A stretch of 63,170 nucleotides of DNA, the filler included, from Octopus bimaculoides (taxonomy: Eukaryota): the NCBI RefSeq assembly GCF_001194135.2. It is 4 parts of 4 records of this genome, joined end to end, with 100 filler letters (N's around TTAATTAATTAA, not from the genome) between each part and the next. Parts side by side here need not be neighbours in the genome. Positions count along the whole stretch, not along the records: positions 61,409 to 63,170 come from NW_026301236.1; 3 more parts are not named here. One strand, 5' to 3'. Of the stretch, positions 62,742-63,170 are shown piece after piece. How positions within the stretch are numbered: the first letter of the stretch is position 1; each line of letters begins with the position of its first letter. The notes beneath the pieces are model-generated. The model ran no database searches, was not told the DNA's origin, and saw nothing but the letters and a program-made list of their open reading frames with translations. The position numbers were made by a program, and so were the translations under genes.

Positions 62742-63170
62742 CTAGAGAGCAAAAAATAAAAGAAATTCTTGTGAGATTAGAGCTAGATTAAAACACAAAT
62801 TTACATCTAAGGATTATTCAAACACTTTCCGGTGAATTTCCATGACTTTCAAAGATATTAATTTACGTTTGCTTACGTTTAATAGAGAAAGGGTTTCAGT
62901 TTGTGGTTGGGACAATAATGCTTTCACCAATGTCATTAGTTGCATCAGTTAAATTTCTGTAGTGATTTACACAAGGGAAATAAAGCATTGTATTGATACT
63001 CTAGGAAAAATCCGGTTATTGTACAATGATTGCCTAAGCAAAGAAATCCTATACTTTAGGAGGAAATAGTAATTTATGAGAGTTTGTTTGAGAATAAAAT
63101 AAATACATGGTAGCGATAGGTCGTAAGTAGAGTGAATTCGTGCAATGCCGTTCGTAAGAAGACCATTGCC

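Noticed and set aside
61006-63170. KRAB-like, SSXRD or zinc-knuckle exons of the PRDM gene
   Set aside because: No matching motifs found in any minus-strand frame of the sequenced parts; several gaps remain, so absence is not established

Overview
AT-rich, gap-ridden eukaryotic genomic DNA; by repeat content and gene style it is most likely a coleoid cephalopod (Octopus), which is an inference. About 1-49 kb is mostly repeat debris: R4/Dong, CR1/L2, CRE, RTE and Penelope retroelement fragments, three different decayed mariners, hAT/pogo/piggyBac-type MITEs, at least four SINE-like families and microsatellites. The right end has two minus-strand multi-exon genes. One is a CREC-family ER EF-hand gene (calumenin/reticulocalbin-like; four exons at 49531-57177; six EF-hands; C-terminal HEEL; first coding exon not visible). 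Upstream of it is a PRDM7/9-like gene (PR/SET exons at 59634-61005 with the three catalytic tyrosines, plus a minisatellite-like C2H2 array at 58001-59060). The most unusual system is a ~250-350 bp module made of a tRNA-like Pol III head, a microsatellite spacer and a minimal type I hammerhead ribozyme. It forms the 3' end, and in inverted form the truncated 5' end, of a Penelope-like element (17490-19090). It also occurs as two solo head-to-head palindromic dimers (40962-41638, and 51466-51962 inside the calumenin-like last intron). Coordinates of repeats are approximate (a few to tens of bp) because everything was read by eye; no database search was run.
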